A DNA stretch of 45,094 bases from a virus (Duplodnaviria; Caudoviricetes): IMG/VR virus record IMGVR_UViG_3300049982_000072, positions 1 through 45,094 of that record. The stretch is one strand, 5' to 3'. The position numbers and the translations under genes are program-made. Every line of letters starts with the position of its first letter. The stretch's first letter is position 1. Of this stretch, positions 43,243-45,094 are shown in pieces. The notes below the pieces were generated by a model, which ran no database searches, was not told where the DNA came from, and worked only from the letters and a program-made list of their open reading frames with translations.

Positions 43243-45094
43243 CAGTACCCCCCGCCCAGCGCGCGCCGGCCGAAACCTTCATCAACGCGGCGACCGTCCA
43301 GGGTGATGGCCCGGTCCCTGACCGACCGCAGGAGTTTGCGGTCCACGGGGCTGAGGGCAACGGTCATCACGCCGCCGCCCGGAATCACGGTCTCTGTCTT
43401 GCCGGATCCGTTGTAGCCGAACGTTCCGGACTTCCACGGCCCGCCGCTGTCGAACGTGCGAATCCCCATCGCTGCAAGGGCCTGCCGGGTGCCGACCTTC
43501 CCACCGAGCGCCATCCCGTGCCCAAGCCCGTCACCGCCGCGCCGGAACGCGGCCATCTGGTTTTTCGCGGCCCGCGATGCCGTGGGGTCCCCGAGGGCAA
43601 TCGAGTGGATGTGCTCGCCCCACGGCCCCTGTGACGGCAGCCGGTGCCAGGCGGCGAACCCGACCCGGCGCAACGCCGCAACGGCGGTGTTCCATCCACC
43701 GGGACCGTTGGTGTCCATGGCACCGCCCCCGGCGTGCGTTCCACCGGACGCGGCCACCGATGTGGAGTACGAGCCCTGTGTGATATGGAACGTCTTGCCC
43801 AAGATCCGCTCAGCCGCCAACAGCATCTTGATCGTGCGCTGGTTCAGCCGAACCCCGCGATAGTTGACGACCGATCCGGGCGGCCCCGCCGGGCCGTTCT
43901 GTGCGGCAGCCGCGTTCGCCGCCTTCTGGGCCAGCGGCCGGACCGCCGCAACCGCCGTCGAGGCCACGTCACCGGCAAACAGCCGCTGTGCGCGCTGACT
44001 GGGCAGATGCTCCGACAGCACGACACCGGCCCGGCCGCCACCGGCCATACCGATGGCCAACAGTTCGGTGTCCCGGCCGTTCGCGTGGGTGAGGTGGGTC
44101 AGGTGCGCGAGGTGCGCCAAATGCGCCGCATGCAGCTCGTGGAGCTTCCCACGCTCGCTGACGACCGTGCCCCTGCCGAACCAGCGCGAGGACTTGGATC
44201 CGCTCCGATTCGGAACGCCCCGTGAAAGCCACCGGGGGCCGTCGTCGTCTGCCCCGTCGTGGTTCTGATGGTTGACGTGGGCAACGTGTGTGAGGTGAGC
44301 CGTATGCGCCGTGTGGAGCTGATGAAGCTTGCTGCGGACACTCTTACGCCAGTGCGGAACGATGGTTGCCGTACCGGCGTTGACCGACGCCATGGCGTCG
44401 TCCCCGTAGCCGCGTGACGCCTTGCTGTTGATGACCCACTCAGTCGGGGACAGCATGGCCGGGACAAGGTCATCGGTGGGACCGCCCGGCCCGAACACCT
44501 TGCCGCCGGTGGCCATTCCGCGGCCATGGGCGGCGGCGAGCATTTCCGGCGTGCCGTACGACTTCAGTTCGGCCGTGACACTGATCTTCTGATCTTGAAG
44601 CCCGCCAAGCTTTGCGTTCACTTCGTCGCGGAATACCCCGAACGCGGCGGCAGCGCCCTTGAGCTTGTCGCCCAATCCGGGTACCCACCCGAAGGCTTTT
44701 GCCGCACCCTTTAGCACTGACTCGACCAGTCCGAGGAATTTATCGACCACGAACCGGAAAGCAGCTTGGGCGGCGGTCTTGATCGCACCCCACGCCGTCC
44801 CGAGCGCTGAGACAACGATCCGGAATGGCGCGGTGATATAGCCGACGATCAGCGGGAAGTTCGCTTTGATCCAGTCAATCGCGCCCTTCACAAAGCCGAC
44901 GATCGCCGTAATCGCGCCGCTCACGAAATCACGCACAGCACCAAACACGGCATTCACGATCGTGCGGAATACCTCCGAGTGCTTATAGGCGTAGATGAGC
45001 CCGGCAACCAACAATCCGATCGCAATTATGATCAGCCCTACCGGACCGGTCGCGAAACGCACCGCGACACCGAGAGCGGTCATTGCGACCGTCG
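43242..45094 (-). CDS. Tape measure protein, C-terminal part with His-repeat insert and peptidoglycan peptidase domain
   Basis: GPVGLIIIAIGLLVAGLIYAYKHSEVFR, MATGGKVFGPG.PTDD.VPAMLS..E.V, QGSY...SGGTH.GGGA.D...EHIH, FDSGG...G.N.SG..E.V. Confidence 0.92.
   Translation of the reverse strand, partial: TVAMTALGVAVRFATGPVGLIIIAIGLLVAGLIYAYKHSEVFRTIVNAVFGAVRDFVSGAITAIVGFVKGAIDWIKANFPLIVGYITAPFRIVVSALGTAWGAIKTAAQAAFRFVVDKFLGLVESVLKGAAKAFGWVPGLGDKLKGAAAAFGVFRDEVNAKLGGLQDQKISVTAELKSYGTPEMLAAAHGRGMATGGKVFGPGGPTDDLVPAMLSPTEWVINSKASRGYGDDAMASVNAGTATIVPHWRKSVRSKLHQLHTAHTAHLTHVAHVNHQNHDGADDDGPRWLSRGVPNRSGSKSSRWFGRGTVVSERGKLHELHAAHLAHLAHLTHLTHANGRDTELLAIGMAGGGRAGVVLSEHLPSQRAQRLFAGDVASTAVAAVRPLAQKAANAAAAQNGPAGPPGSVVNYRGVRLNQRTIKMLLAAERILGKTFHITQGSYSTSVAASGGTHAGGGAMDTNGPGGWNTAVAALRRVGFAAWHRLPSQGPWGEHIHSIALGDPTASRAAKNQMAAFRRGGDGLGHGMALGGKVGTRQALAAMGIRTFDSGGPWKSGTFGYNGSGKTETVIPGGGVMTVALSPVDRKLLRSVRDRAITLDGRRVDEGFGRRALGGGY

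Larger units (their letters stand above)
1..45094. mobile_element. Temperate actinobacteriophage (siphovirus) genome, circularly permuted, near complete
   Basis: Complete head, tail, lysis, replication and integration modules; WhiB and Lsr2-like genes point to an actinobacterial host; tape-measure gene split across both window ends. Confidence 0.95.

Noticed and set aside
44085-44330. His repeats as a RiPP precursor (His-Xaa-Ser-like system)
   Set aside because: In frame inside the TMP, pattern is Hxx rather than HxS, and no radical SAM or other maturase is present

Overview
Near-complete, circularly permuted ~45 kb genome of a GC-rich temperate actinobacteriophage with siphovirus architecture; no host genes are visible. 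The window opens and closes inside the tape-measure gene. Minus strand: HNH, TerS, TerL, Mu-gp29-like portal, ClpP protease-scaffold, decoration protein, major capsid, head-tail adaptor, a 5-gene neck cassette with a repeat-rich fibre, stopper, terminator, major tail, frameshifted chaperones, TMP, two minor tail proteins, a PIG-L-type deacetylase and a lysis cassette. A second minus-strand block holds replication and early genes (prim-pol/helicase, SSB-like, Cas4-like nuclease, C5 methyltransferase, WhiB, Holliday junction resolvase). The central region has two divergent excisionase-like HTH genes, an RHH-controlled operon, a GntR/UTRA repressor with dispersed ACCTGT-N4-ACAGGT operators, a putative attP, a tyrosine integrase and an Lsr2-like protein carrying C2H2 zinc fingers. 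The most unusual signals are the GntR-based (not CI-based) switch, a (Hxx)n His-repeat insert in the TMP, the neck fibre cassette paired with a deacetylase where a tail fibre is expected, and the Lsr2/C2H2 chimera. All family assignments come from motif recognition and synteny, not from database searches.
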